DNA from: an uncultured Gemmatimonadales bacterium
GTDB taxonomy: Bacteria > Gemmatimonadota > Gemmatimonadetes > Longimicrobiales > Gaopeijiaceae
Direction of reading: 5' to 3'
DNA: 64,000 nt
NCBI GenBank assembly: GCA_963823035.1
Contig: CAWGKG010000010.1
Coordinates: 384,001-448,000 of the forward strand
The notes beneath the pieces are model-generated. The model was not told the DNA's origin. It ran no database searches and saw only the letters and a program-made list of their open reading frames with translations. Both the position numbers and the translations under genes were made by a program. Within the stretch, counting starts at the first letter, position 1. The number at the start of each line of letters is the position of its first letter. Positions 30,761 to 40,550 of the stretch are shown here, one piece after another.

Positions 30761-31135
30761 TCAGTGGCTCGCCAGCCCTTCGGTCAGCGCAGAAATCAAG
30801 GCGTGCGGGTCGAGGGGCTTGGTCAGGACCCGGACGAAGTCGCCGCTCTTGATGGCCCTGGCCCGCAGGCGGGAGCTGTCGGACGTGATCGCGATGACGG
30901 GAATGGCGCGGCCCGGGGGCTGGGCAGCCAGGGCCGCCGCGATGTCCAGGCCGCTCATGCCGGGTAGGCGCAAGTCGGTGACGACGACATCCGGGCCGAC
31001 GCTCTCAACCATGGCGAACCCCGACGTGCCGTCGGGCGCGGCCGCCACGCGCCACCCCTGGGACTCCAGCAGGAGGGTGAGGACCTCCCGCACTCCTGCG
31101 TCGTCCTCGATCAGCACAACCTGCCTGTTCGTCAT
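30761..31135 (-). CDS. Single-domain response regulator (CheY-like)
   Basis: LIEDD, VTDLRLPGMSG, IAITS, LTKP. Confidence 0.88.
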   Translation of the reverse strand: MTNRQVVLIEDDAGVREVLTLLLESQGWRVAAAPDGTSGFAMVESVGPDVVVTDLRLPGMSGLDIAAALAAQPPGRAIPVIAITSDSSRLRARAIKSGDFVRVLTKPLDPHALISALTEGLASH

Positions 31136-31202
31136 CCCATGCCCACCTCTCTCGATGCCTGACGCGCCAAGCCGCAGGCGTCTGTTCCCGCAAGCCTTCC
31201 CT

Positions 31203-31218
31203 CGCAAGCCTGGTGCCG
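31203..31218 (-). promoter_or_regulatory. Sigma54 promoter
   Basis: CGGCACCAGGCTTGCG. Confidence 0.7.
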
Positions 31219-31239
31219 CAACCCCGGTGTCGCAACGCG

Positions 31240-32604
31240 TCAGAGGTCGTGTTTGCGCCGCCGGCGCCAGAGCGTGGTGGTTGAGATGCCCAGAATCTCC
31301 GCGGCCTCCTTCCCCGTGCTCGTGGCCTCCAGCACGCCCTTCAGGTGCCGGCGCTCCGCCTCGTCCAGCGTGATCATGGGCGTGCCCCCGGGGACGTGGG
31401 TTCCGGGTCCGTCGTCGCTCCGGGGCAACGCGCCCGCACCCACGCGCGCACGCCGGCTGAGGATGACGGCCCGCTCCACGGCGTTCTGCAGCTCCCGCAC
31501 ATTGCCAGGCCACGTTCGTTCCATCAACGCCCGCTTCGCCGCGTCGGTGAGCCGGGCGCCCGGACGCCCATACCGCGCTCCGAAGAAGTCGACGAAGCCC
31601 TCCGCCAGCGGTACGATGTCCTCGGGGCGCTCCCGGAGTGGAGGCACGATGATTTCAATAACGCGAATCCTGTAATACAGATCCTCACGGAACTCGCCGG
31701 CCTCTACGGCACGCTCGAGATCGTGGTTGGTGGCCACGATGAGCCGGACGTCGGCGGAGATGGTCTTGTCGCTGCCGACGCGCTCGAAGGCACGCTCCTG
31801 GATGAACCGAAGCAGCTTGGGCTGCAACTCCACGGGCAGGGTGCCGATCTCGTCGAGGAAGACGGTTCCACCGTCGGAGCTGGCGACGCGCCCCGCGCGA
31901 CTGCGCACGGCCCCGGTGAAGGCCCCCTTGACGTGGCCGAAGAGCTCGCTCTCCAAAAGGTCTCGGGAAAGAACTGGAGTGGACACGACCGAATAGGGGC
32001 GCTCACGCCGCCCGCTCCAGTCGTGGATGGCCCGGGCCAGGACACCTTTTCCGGTCCCGCTCTCTCCGCGGATGAGGATGGTGGCGTCGCTCTCGGCCGC
32101 GCGACGGGCCGTGGCGTACACCTCCCGCATGACGCGGCTCTCCGTGTGGATGCTCGGCGGCGGCACGGTGTGCTCCAAGTCCTCGCGGAGACGCTCGATG
32201 CCCTGCTCCAGATCCCGTATGGCCGAGATCTGGCGCACCAGCGCCTGGACCTTGGGCACGGAGACGGGCTTCTCCAGGTAGTCGATGGCGCCACGGCGCA
32301 TGGCTTCGACCGCCGACTCGATGGAGCCGTGGGCGGTCACCACCACCACCTTGAGCCACGGACTCTTCTCGATGAGGGCGGACACCAGATCCAGGCCCGA
32401 GTCCGATCCCAAACGGAGATCGACGATGGCCAGGTCGAACAGGTCCGCGTCGCTGGCCTCGAGGGCGGCGGAGGCCGTGGCCACGGCGGTGGGGCGGTAC
32501 CCAAGGCCGTCTACCAGTAGGGCGAGGGTCTCGCGCCCGACCTGCTCGTCGTCGACGATGAGGATGCCGAGAGGCGTCTGCGAGCTGTCGTGCTGATCGG
32601 CCAT
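31240..32604 (-). CDS. Sigma54-dependent response regulator, AlgB-like
   Basis: DLRLGSDSGL receiver; GESGTGKG; ESELFGHVKGAFTGA; LQPKLLRFIQE; WPGNVREL; HTH. Confidence 0.93.
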   Translation of the reverse strand: MADQHDSSQTPLGILIVDDEQVGRETLALLVDGLGYRPTAVATASAALEASDADLFDLAIVDLRLGSDSGLDLVSALIEKSPWLKVVVVTAHGSIESAVEAMRRGAIDYLEKPVSVPKVQALVRQISAIRDLEQGIERLREDLEHTVPPPSIHTESRVMREVYATARRAAESDATILIRGESGTGKGVLARAIHDWSGRRERPYSVVSTPVLSRDLLESELFGHVKGAFTGAVRSRAGRVASSDGGTVFLDEIGTLPVELQPKLLRFIQERAFERVGSDKTISADVRLIVATNHDLERAVEAGEFREDLYYRIRVIEIIVPPLRERPEDIVPLAEGFVDFFGARYGRPGARLTDAAKRALMERTWPGNVRELQNAVERAVILSRRARVGAGALPRSDDGPGTHVPGGTPMITLDEAERRHLKGVLEATSTGKEAAEILGISTTTLWRRRRKHDL

Positions 32605-32638
32605 ATCCGCCCTGGTCCACCGACAATTGAGTGCACGC

Positions 32639-32654
32639 CGGTACGCGGCTTGCT
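32639..32654 (+). promoter_or_regulatory. Sigma54 promoter
   Basis: CGGTACGCGGCTTGCT. Confidence 0.7.
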
Positions 32655-32724
32655 CCATGGACGGTAAGCATAACCCCGCGGGCCCCGGCGGTTTCGGCAC
32701 GGGGCCGTAGACGAGGAGTTCTAC

Positions 32725-33249
32725 GTGAACACGACCACCCCGCCCAACATATGGCAACGCCTTTCGCCGATCCCCCTGCGGCTGATGCTGGGATTCGGAT
32801 TCCTGATCCACGGGTACCCCAAGCTCTTCACCAACCAGGGGAACGAGGCCATCACGGGAATGCTCGCCGGGATCGGCATCCCGGCACCGGCACTCTCGGC
32901 CTATATGGTCGGAGGGCTGGAGTTCTTCGGCGGCATCCTCCTGATCCTGGGGGTGGCCGTCCGCACCGTGAGCGTGCTGGGCGGCATCGAGATGCTCGGG
33001 GCGGCCGTCACGGTCCATGCCGCGGCGGGCTTCAACTTCCTGAACGCGACCGGCATGACCGAAGGTGGCCAGATGCAGTTCGGGCTGCCCGGGTACGAGG
33101 TGAACCTACTCTATCTGGCTGGCTTCCTGACGCTCGTCATGACCGGGAGCGGTGCGTTCTCCATCCGGATCGCCAAGCCGGACCGGCGCCACGCCATGCA
33201 GGACCGGGTGGTGCATGAGCCTGTCGAGGAGTCCGCCGGCATCCCGTAG
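32725..33249 (+). CDS. DoxX family membrane protein
   Basis: LRLMLGFGFLIHGYPKL, EFFGGILLILG, GYEVNL. Confidence 0.9.
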   Translation: MNTTTPPNIWQRLSPIPLRLMLGFGFLIHGYPKLFTNQGNEAITGMLAGIGIPAPALSAYMVGGLEFFGGILLILGVAVRTVSVLGGIEMLGAAVTVHAAAGFNFLNATGMTEGGQMQFGLPGYEVNLLYLAGFLTLVMTGSGAFSIRIAKPDRRHAMQDRVVHEPVEESAGIP

Positions 33250-33356
33250 GGTCGGCCTCTCATCGTTTCAAATCCAGGGAAGGTGAAACGGATCCGGCCG
33301 GGACGGGTCGCGCACGGGTCCCTCACCCCCCCGACAATCCGGAAGGAACATCGACC

Positions 33357-33806
33357 ATGAACGAATCCGCCATGCAGGATCTGCTGTCCCTGGAACGCAC
33401 GCTGTGGACCGGAGGCCCGGAGGCGTATCGAGAAAATCTGGACCGTGAGTGCCTCCTGGCCTTCACCGAGATGGCCGGCGTCTCGAGCCGGGAGGCCGTG
33501 GCCAACCAGGTGAACGGATCCCCGCGGTGGAAGGAGTTGGAGATGGAGGTGGAGGGCGTCATGCGCCCAACTGAGCACGTCACCATCCTGACGTACCGGG
33601 CCAGCGCCGTCCGCGGCGACGGGAACCGGTATCACGCCCTGGCGAGCAGCGGCTATGTCCGGAGAGAGGGCGCGTGGAAGCTCATGTTCCACCAGCAGAC
33701 GCCCTTGTCGGCCGAGGCGGGAGCCGGCACCGACGGTGGCACGGATGTTGAACTCCTGGACCCCCACGATCCCTCGACTATTGTCCGGAACGAGTTCCAT
33801 CCATGA
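33357..33806 (+). CDS. NTF2-like (DUF4440) protein
   Basis: LERTLW..ILTYRASA..ALASSGYVRREGAWKLMFHQQTP. Confidence 0.8.
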   Translation: MNESAMQDLLSLERTLWTGGPEAYRENLDRECLLAFTEMAGVSSREAVANQVNGSPRWKELEMEVEGVMRPTEHVTILTYRASAVRGDGNRYHALASSGYVRREGAWKLMFHQQTPLSAEAGAGTDGGTDVELLDPHDPSTIVRNEFHP

Positions 33807-34879
33807 GCAGATCCACCGTTCTCATCACCGGCTGCAACGGCCTCATCGGCGAGGCCCTCACCCGCCGCCTCGGCTCGGATTTCGACGTCATCGGCGCGGA
33901 CATCAGTGACCCGCCCGAGGACAACCCTCTTGCCGAGTTTCGGCACGTCGATCTCAGCTCCGACGCCAGCGTCCAGCAGACCGTGGACCACATCCGGGAC
34001 CACCACCAAGGGACCCTGGCCTCCGTGATCCATCTGGCGGCGTACTACGACTTCTCCGGCGAGCCCAGCCCGCTCTACGACGAGATCACCGTCCAGGGCA
34101 CGCGCCGTCTTCTGGACGCGCTCCAGCCATTGGACGTCGGCCAGTTCGTCTTCTGTAGCACCATGCTGGTACACGCCCCGGTGAAGCCCGGCGAACGCAT
34201 CGACGAGGACTCACCTCTGGAGGCCAAGTGGGCCTACCCCGAGTCGAAGCTGAAGACCGAGAACGTGATCCGGGAGCACCGCGGTGACATCCCGGTGGTC
34301 CTTCTCCGGCTCGCGGGCGTCTATACCGACTACGGCCAACAACCGACCCTGGTGCACCAGATCCAGCGCATCTACACCCAGGACCTGGAGAGCTTCTTCT
34401 TCCCCGGCGACGTCGAGGCCGGCCAGTCCCTGGTCCACCTGGACGACACCGTGGACGCCATCGCCCGGGCCGTGAAGCGCCGGGACGAGCTGGGCCCCGA
34501 GACGCCGATCCTGGTGGGGGAGCCGGACCCACCGTCCTATGCCGCGCTCCAGGACCGCATCGGCGAGCTGATCTGGCACCGGGAGTGGCCCAGCATCCGC
34601 CTGCCGGAGGGCGTGGCCAAGGCCGGGGCGTGGCTCAAGGCCCGGACCCCCGGTAAGGAGCCGTTCATCAAGCCGTTCATGATCGAACTCGCCGACGACC
34701 ACTACGGGCTCGACATCGGAAGGGCCGAGAAGCTCCTGGGGTGGAAGCCACGGCATGATCTCGTGGACGTGCTGCCCTCCATGGTCCAGAGCCTCCGGGA
34801 CGACCCGGCGTCGTGGTATGAGAAGAACGGGCTCGAGGTGCCCGACCGCATCGCGGAATACGCCGGTTCCGGCTCGTGA
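33803..34879 (+). CDS. NAD-dependent epimerase/dehydratase family protein
   Basis: ITGCNGLIG, HLAAYYDF, YPESK (YxxxK), LVHLDD. Confidence 0.88.
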   Translation: MSRSTVLITGCNGLIGEALTRRLGSDFDVIGADISDPPEDNPLAEFRHVDLSSDASVQQTVDHIRDHHQGTLASVIHLAAYYDFSGEPSPLYDEITVQGTRRLLDALQPLDVGQFVFCSTMLVHAPVKPGERIDEDSPLEAKWAYPESKLKTENVIREHRGDIPVVLLRLAGVYTDYGQQPTLVHQIQRIYTQDLESFFFPGDVEAGQSLVHLDDTVDAIARAVKRRDELGPETPILVGEPDPPSYAALQDRIGELIWHREWPSIRLPEGVAKAGAWLKARTPGKEPFIKPFMIELADDHYGLDIGRAEKLLGWKPRHDLVDVLPSMVQSLRDDPASWYEKNGLEVPDRIAEYAGSGS

Positions 34880-35523
34880 GCGACGCGGCCTCCCCCGCCG
34901 TCGACGCCTCGCGAGGGCGCCTCGATACGGCGATCACCGCGCCGCCGTTCGACTACAATCCGTCCTCCATGCACCAGCGCCGGCGCATCGCCGTCATCGC
35001 GCTGGTGGCATCGGGGATCTCCGTGTACATGGGACTCTATCAGTGGGGGATCATCGACAGGGTGTGGGACCCGGTCTTCGGCGGCGGCACCGCCACGGTC
35101 CTCACCTCCAGCGAATCCGAGGCCATGAAACGGCTCATCGGTCTTCCGGACGCCGTGCTGGGCGCGTGGGCCTACCTCACGGAGGTGGTGCTGAGCATGG
35201 CCGGTTCCGAGCGGCGCTGGCAGTTCCGCCCCTGGATGGTCATCCTCTTCGGAATCGATGTGATCCCCCTGGGGATCGTGAGTTCGGTGCTCGTGGTGCT
35301 CCAGGGGACCTCCGTGGGCGCCTGGTGCTTCCCGTGCCTGGTCACGGCCGTGATCTCCCTGTTGCTGGCCTTCCTGGCCTACGACGAGGTGTGGTCCAGC
35401 ATGAAGTACCTGTGGGCCGTATGGACCCGGGAGCGGGACCCTCGGTTGGTCTGGGATGTCTTCCGGGGTCACCCCACCGACCGGGGGTATGCCATCGCCC
35501 GCGATCAGGCCAGCGGAGGGTAG
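34876..35523 (+). CDS. Vitamin K epoxide reductase (VKOR) family protein
   Basis: YMGLYQ..VWDPVFG..VLTS..S..LPDA.LGA..WCFPCL. Confidence 0.82.
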   Translation: MSDAASPAVDASRGRLDTAITAPPFDYNPSSMHQRRRIAVIALVASGISVYMGLYQWGIIDRVWDPVFGGGTATVLTSSESEAMKRLIGLPDAVLGAWAYLTEVVLSMAGSERRWQFRPWMVILFGIDVIPLGIVSSVLVVLQGTSVGAWCFPCLVTAVISLLLAFLAYDEVWSSMKYLWAVWTRERDPRLVWDVFRGHPTDRGYAIARDQASGG

Positions 35524-35527
35524 CCGG

Positions 35528-35890
35528 ATGTGGGCGAGATACGTCGAGATGGCGCTGGGCGTCTGGCTCCTGGTCAGCCCATGGGTCCTCCCTGATGCCG
35601 GCGGAGGGGTCACCGTGGTGAACATGTTGGCCGGAGCGCTGGTCCTCCTGCTGGCCGGGCTGTCCTTCACGCATCGCCTGCGCGCGGCTCACCTGGGAAG
35701 CCTGCTGGTCTCGATCATCCTCATCGGCTGGGGATGGAGCCATTTCGTCCGGCCCGGCCCCGCCGCCGCGCAGAACCAGATCCTCACGGGCCTCATGCTG
35801 GGCCTCGTCACCGTCGTGCCCAGCGAGAGCTTCCGGCCCCCGCCTTGCTGGCGGGCCTATGTGTCGGAGGAGAAGCAGGGCGAAGCCTAG
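35528..35890 (+). CDS. SPW-repeat membrane protein
   Basis: LGVWLLVSPWVL followed by further hydrophobic helices. Confidence 0.75.
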   Translation: MWARYVEMALGVWLLVSPWVLPDAGGGVTVVNMLAGALVLLLAGLSFTHRLRAAHLGSLLVSIILIGWGWSHFVRPGPAAAQNQILTGLMLGLVTVVPSESFRPPPCWRAYVSEEKQGEA

Positions 35891-35917
35891 GAGCCCGCGG
35901 GCTGCCAGGCCGATGGG

Positions 35918-37333
35918 TCAGGAGCCCCCGGCTGCTTCATCCCGCCCGATCCGCTTCCTGGCATCACCATCCGCCTCCCTGGGCGCGATCGACGCGGGCC
36001 AACGGTACAGGTCGCACGCTGCCGGGTCCTCGAGACACGCTTCGGCGAAGACGTAGGCGCCCATGGACCAACTCTGGAGCCGGCGGGCGCGCCGGCCGAG
36101 AGACGGGCTCTTCTCGCCGTCGTAGTACTCGGGCCAGTCGTCGTCGTCGATGCGCCGCCTCATCGCGGTCGTGGCACGCTCCAGGAGGTCCGTGCGACCC
36201 CATGTGACGGCGGCCGGGGCGAAGGACCACAGGAGGCTCGGCCACCATCCGCCGTTGTGATAGCACCAGGGCTCGTTCTTGGTGTCGGCCCCGGTGAGCA
36301 CCCGCCAGGGCTCCCCCGCCAGCGCCGGATAGACGATGCGAGGGGCCCCGGCCACCAGGTCGTCCCAGCGCTCCTCGTAGAGCCGAGAAATGCCGGTGGC
36401 CTGGTCCTGGTCGCACAGACCGGCACTCACCGCCAGGAGGTTGCCCTGAGCGAAGAAGCGGAAGTCGATGCGGCCTGGCCCGACGTTGCCGCACAGGTAG
36501 CCGGCGTCTTCGGGCAGCCAGTCACCCACCCAGTCCGGGATGGCCTCGGGAAACACGTTGAAGACGTTCACGACCTCCTCCCCGTACTGGTCACGCTCCA
36601 TGTGTCGCAGGTCGGAAAGCCGCTTCGCGTCCATCCAGTAGTAGCGGGCGACATGGTGTCGGAGATTGTGGAGGCGATGCTCCACGGCGGTCGCGATCTC
36701 CTGCTCGTCGTCCAGGAGTTCCGAGGCCGCCCGCAGCGCCGCGAAAAAGAGCGCCTGCACTTCCAGGGGATGGCCGTACACGCCCATGCGCCGGTCGATC
36801 ATGAACGAACCGTCGGGCACCAGGAGCGTGGGGAACATCTCGAAGCTCCCTCCGAGGATCAGCCTCAGGATCCGGCAGATCCCCGCCTGGACGTCCTCGC
36901 GATGGGCGAACCCCGTGTCCCCGGTAACCACTCCGTAGGCACGCAGGGAGAGGAGCCACCAGAACACCGAGTCCACGGGCGTCACCCGTGCGATGGACTC
37001 CTCCCCGTAGTCGCCCTCGAGCATGGTGTCCCCGTCCACCTCGACGGGGCGGAAGCTGGCCGGCATGAGCCCCCGGCGAGGCTCCAGGGCCTCAAGGGCC
37101 TCCTCCTTGCTCTGCAGGGAAAGCGTGGTCAGCAGGAAGTTCCGCACGACCTGGTGCTCACCGCGCAGCAGGAAGGCGGGAACGCAGACCGCGAAGTCGC
37201 GCACGAAACACTGGTCGTAGTTCAGCGAGGGGGCCCGATCGTCCTGTGAGGCCCGCACTCCGACAGTGCGTCCATCGAAGTCCATGCGCGCCTCCTGGAG
37301 TAGGCGCCACGCGCGATCCGCCGTATCCGTCAA
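35918..37333 (-). CDS. Alkaline/neutral invertase (GH100)
   Basis: LNYDQCFVRDF, GLMPASF, PVDSVFWW, DGSFMIDRRMGVYGHPLEVQ, DFRFFAQGN, YHNGGWWP, WPEYYDG; TTG start after GGAG. Confidence 0.93.
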   Translation of the reverse strand: MTDTADRAWRLLQEARMDFDGRTVGVRASQDDRAPSLNYDQCFVRDFAVCVPAFLLRGEHQVVRNFLLTTLSLQSKEEALEALEPRRGLMPASFRPVEVDGDTMLEGDYGEESIARVTPVDSVFWWLLSLRAYGVVTGDTGFAHREDVQAGICRILRLILGGSFEMFPTLLVPDGSFMIDRRMGVYGHPLEVQALFFAALRAASELLDDEQEIATAVEHRLHNLRHHVARYYWMDAKRLSDLRHMERDQYGEEVVNVFNVFPEAIPDWVGDWLPEDAGYLCGNVGPGRIDFRFFAQGNLLAVSAGLCDQDQATGISRLYEERWDDLVAGAPRIVYPALAGEPWRVLTGADTKNEPWCYHNGGWWPSLLWSFAPAAVTWGRTDLLERATTAMRRRIDDDDWPEYYDGEKSPSLGRRARRLQSWSMGAYVFAEACLEDPAACDLYRWPASIAPREADGDARKRIGRDEAAGGS

Positions 37334-37421
37334 AGTCCACTCCCGCTTTCGATCATCCCGGCCCTCCGGCTCCCGATCGGCTTGGCGCGCAGGATACACG
37401 CATCACAGTCACCGCGTCGCA

Positions 37422-37437
37422 TGGAACGGAGTTTGCA
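37422..37437 (+). promoter_or_regulatory. Sigma54 promoter for the tal-pgi operon
   Basis: TGGAACGGAGTTTGCA. Confidence 0.82.
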
Positions 37438-37632
37438 AACAACCAGACAATCAGGTGGATACGCGGCGACGCGCCCCGGCACGCTAAGAGAGTGGCGCGA
37501 GCCGAGCAAGCGCTGTCCGACGACGCCTGCCGCAGCATCTCCAACGTGAGGAGCCCGACGTGCCCCCGGCCGCACCGGCAGACCGACCCAGCCTCGTGCA
37601 CCAACGCCTTTCAAACCTAGAAGGTGCATCTC

Positions 37633-40530
37633 ATGGATAGATCGAAATCACCGCTCCACCGTCTCCTCGACTTCGGCCAGTCGTACTGGTTGGACAACCT
37701 CACCCGGGACAAGCTGAAGAGTGGAGAGCTGCAGCACCGCGTTACCGAAGAGGGCCTGCGCGGGCTTACGTCCAACCCCGCCATCTTCCACAAGGCCATC
37801 GCAGGAAGTGATGCCTACGACGACCAGGTAGAAGAACTGGCCCGGTCGGGCGCCGATCCGTACCACATGTACGAGGCTCTGGTCCTCGACGACATCCGGG
37901 ACGCATGCGACGTGCTGCGGCCGGTCTACGACGACTCCGAGGGAGTCGATGGCTTCGTGAGCCTCGAGCTCTCCCCGTATCTGGCCCATGACACGACGGG
38001 CTCCATGGAGGATGCCCGCCGCCTGTATTCCGAGGTCGACCGTCCGAACCTCCTCATCAAGATCCCGGGCACGCCTGCGGGTGTTCCCGCCATCGAGCAG
38101 ATGCTGTACGAGGGCGTGAACGTGAACGTCACTCTCCTTTTCTCCGTTTCGGCGTACCAGGACGTGGCCGAAGCCTACCTGCGGGCGTTGGAGCGGAGAC
38201 GGGAAGAGGGGAAGCCCGTCGACGGAGTGGCGTCGGTGGCCAGCTTCTTCCTGAGCCGGATCGACGTCCTGGTGGATCGCCTTCTGGGACGACGCATGTC
38301 CCCGGATTCCGACCCCGCCGGACGTGCCGGTAGCAGGAACCTCATGGGGAAAGCGGCCGTGGCAAGCGCCAAGGTGGCGTATCAACATCTCCTGGAGATC
38401 CTGGACAGCGACCGGTGGAAGACGTTGGAGGCCGCGGGCGCCCGACCCCAGCGACTGCTGTGGGCCTCCTCGAGCACCAAGGACCGCCTCTACTCCGACG
38501 TACGCTACGTGGAGCCGCTCATCGGCCCGCACACGGTGAACACTCTTCCTGACGAGACCATCGCCGCGGTGGCGGACCACGGCACCGTAGCCCGGACCGT
38601 CGACCAGGGCATGGACGAGGCCCGACGCACGCTCGATCTCCTGGCCGAGGCGGGGATCGACATCGACGGCGTCACGTGGCAACTCATGAACGAGGGAGTC
38701 GAGAAGTTCATCGCCCCCTTCGAGTCTCTGCTCGAGACGCTGGCGACCGGGCGCGCCCGAGTGATCTCCGACACCGGCTGGTCCCTCGACGTGTCGCCTG
38801 CCCAGGCCCGGAAGGCGACCGACGACGTGCTGGAGTCGCTGGAGACCCGCCGCTTCGTGCGCCGGCTTCACGCTGCGGATGCCAGCCTGTGGACCGGCGA
38901 CCCACAAAAGGCCGACGAGGTCCGCAACCGCCTGGGCTGGCTCACGTCGCCGGCCGCGTTTCATTCGCGAGTGGAGGAGCTCAGATCGTTCGCGAACGAA
39001 GTGACGGCGGATGGCTTCGACGACGTGGTCCTGCTGGGCATGGGTGGCTCCTCGCTGGCGGCGGACGTGAGCCGGCGCGTGTTCGGCAAGATGGCCGGAC
39101 ACCCCCGCCTCCACGTCCTGGACGACACGGCCCCCGCTGCCATCCAGGCCATGCGCGACGCCGTGAACCCCGACGACACCCTCTTCCTGGTGGCGAGCAA
39201 GTCGGGAACCACCACGGAGACCCTGAGCCTGTACCGCTCGTTCTTCACCTGGGTGGAGGAGGCCGGGGATGATGACCCGGGCCGCCACTTCGTCGCCATC
39301 ACCGACGCCGACACACCCCTGGCCCGCCAAGCGGGAGAGCGAGGCTTCCGCCACACGTTCGTGAACCCGTCGGACATCGGCGGCCGGTACTCGGCGCTCT
39401 CCTGGTTCGGCCTCGTGCCCATGGCGCTCCAGGGCGTCGACTTGGAGGCCATCCTGGAGGCCGCCCTGCACATGCGCGCCAGCTGCGCGCCCAACGTTCC
39501 CGAACACGCCGACCCCGGCGTCCGGTTGGGAGCCGCCCTGGGTGGCCTGGCACGGCAGGGACGCGACAAGATCACCTTCGTCCTCGCGGCCGGCTTGCGG
39601 CCTTTCGGGGACTGGGTCGAGCAACTCCTGGCGGAGAGCACGGGCAAGGACGGCACCGGCCTGATCCCTGTGGTGGGCGAGCCCCTGGCACCCGCCGATA
39701 GCTACGGAGACGACCGGGTCTTCGTGCATATGGCGCTGGCCGATGAAGAGGACGCCGCCAACGCCCGTGCCCTGGACGAACTGGAGGCCGCGGGTCACCC
39801 GGTGATCCGCCTCGACCTGGATAGCCTTCACGGCCTGGGGGGAGAGTTCTTCCGTTGGGAGGTGGCCACGGCCGCTGCGGGAGCCGTCCTCGGCGTGGAC
39901 GCCTTCGACCAGCCCAACGTCGAGGCGGCAAAGACGCGGACCCGGGAGCTTCTGTCCGGTGACGGCAAGACGCGCGAGCCCCGGGATCCGGTGGCGGAAG
40001 ACGACCACCTGGCTCTATTCATCCAGGGCGAGGCGGCCTCCGATACGACCGCGACGCCGGACGACGCGGCATCCGACCTCGTCAGCCCCACCGAAGCGCT
40101 GAGGACGCTGCTGCAGGGTGCCCGCGCCGGCGACTACCTGGCGCTGCTGCCCTACCTCGCACGAACACCGGCGCGCCGGGACCGCGTCGCACGACTGCGC
40201 ACCGGCCTCGGCGACCTCCTGGGCGTCGCCACCACGGTGGGGTTCGGCCCCCGGTACCTCCACTCCACCGGCCAGCTCCACAAGGGCGGGCCACCGTCGG
40301 GGATCTTCGTGATCCTCACCGCGGACGAAGCCGGCGACCTGCCCATCCCCGGTGAGGACCACGGATTCGCCGACCTGCATCGCGCACAGGCCATGGGGGA
40401 TTTCGCGGCCCTCCGGGAGCGCGGTCGACGCGTCGCCCGCCTCCACCTCAAGGGGGATGTCCAGGAAGCCCTGGAACACCTGGTCCATGCCCTGCACATC
40501 GATGCGTCCGCGTCGCTGCTGAACGCGTGA
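37633..40530 (+). CDS. tal-pgi: Bifunctional transaldolase / phosphoglucose isomerase
   Basis: GQSYWLD, GLTSNPAIF, LIKIPGT, NVTLLFS; then GMGGSSL, ASKSGTTTET, IGGRYSALS, EQLLAESTGK, FDQPNVE. Confidence 0.93.
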   Translation: MDRSKSPLHRLLDFGQSYWLDNLTRDKLKSGELQHRVTEEGLRGLTSNPAIFHKAIAGSDAYDDQVEELARSGADPYHMYEALVLDDIRDACDVLRPVYDDSEGVDGFVSLELSPYLAHDTTGSMEDARRLYSEVDRPNLLIKIPGTPAGVPAIEQMLYEGVNVNVTLLFSVSAYQDVAEAYLRALERRREEGKPVDGVASVASFFLSRIDVLVDRLLGRRMSPDSDPAGRAGSRNLMGKAAVASAKVAYQHLLEILDSDRWKTLEAAGARPQRLLWASSSTKDRLYSDVRYVEPLIGPHTVNTLPDETIAAVADHGTVARTVDQGMDEARRTLDLLAEAGIDIDGVTWQLMNEGVEKFIAPFESLLETLATGRARVISDTGWSLDVSPAQARKATDDVLESLETRRFVRRLHAADASLWTGDPQKADEVRNRLGWLTSPAAFHSRVEELRSFANEVTADGFDDVVLLGMGGSSLAADVSRRVFGKMAGHPRLHVLDDTAPAAIQAMRDAVNPDDTLFLVASKSGTTTETLSLYRSFFTWVEEAGDDDPGRHFVAITDADTPLARQAGERGFRHTFVNPSDIGGRYSALSWFGLVPMALQGVDLEAILEAALHMRASCAPNVPEHADPGVRLGAALGGLARQGRDKITFVLAAGLRPFGDWVEQLLAESTGKDGTGLIPVVGEPLAPADSYGDDRVFVHMALADEEDAANARALDELEAAGHPVIRLDLDSLHGLGGEFFRWEVATAAAGAVLGVDAFDQPNVEAAKTRTRELLSGDGKTREPRDPVAEDDHLALFIQGEAASDTTATPDDAASDLVSPTEALRTLLQGARAGDYLALLPYLARTPARRDRVARLRTGLGDLLGVATTVGFGPRYLHSTGQLHKGGPPSGIFVILTADEAGDLPIPGEDHGFADLHRAQAMGDFAALRERGRRVARLHLKGDVQEALEHLVHALHIDASASLLNA

Positions 40531-40550
40531 ACATCAACAGGGAGCGAACC

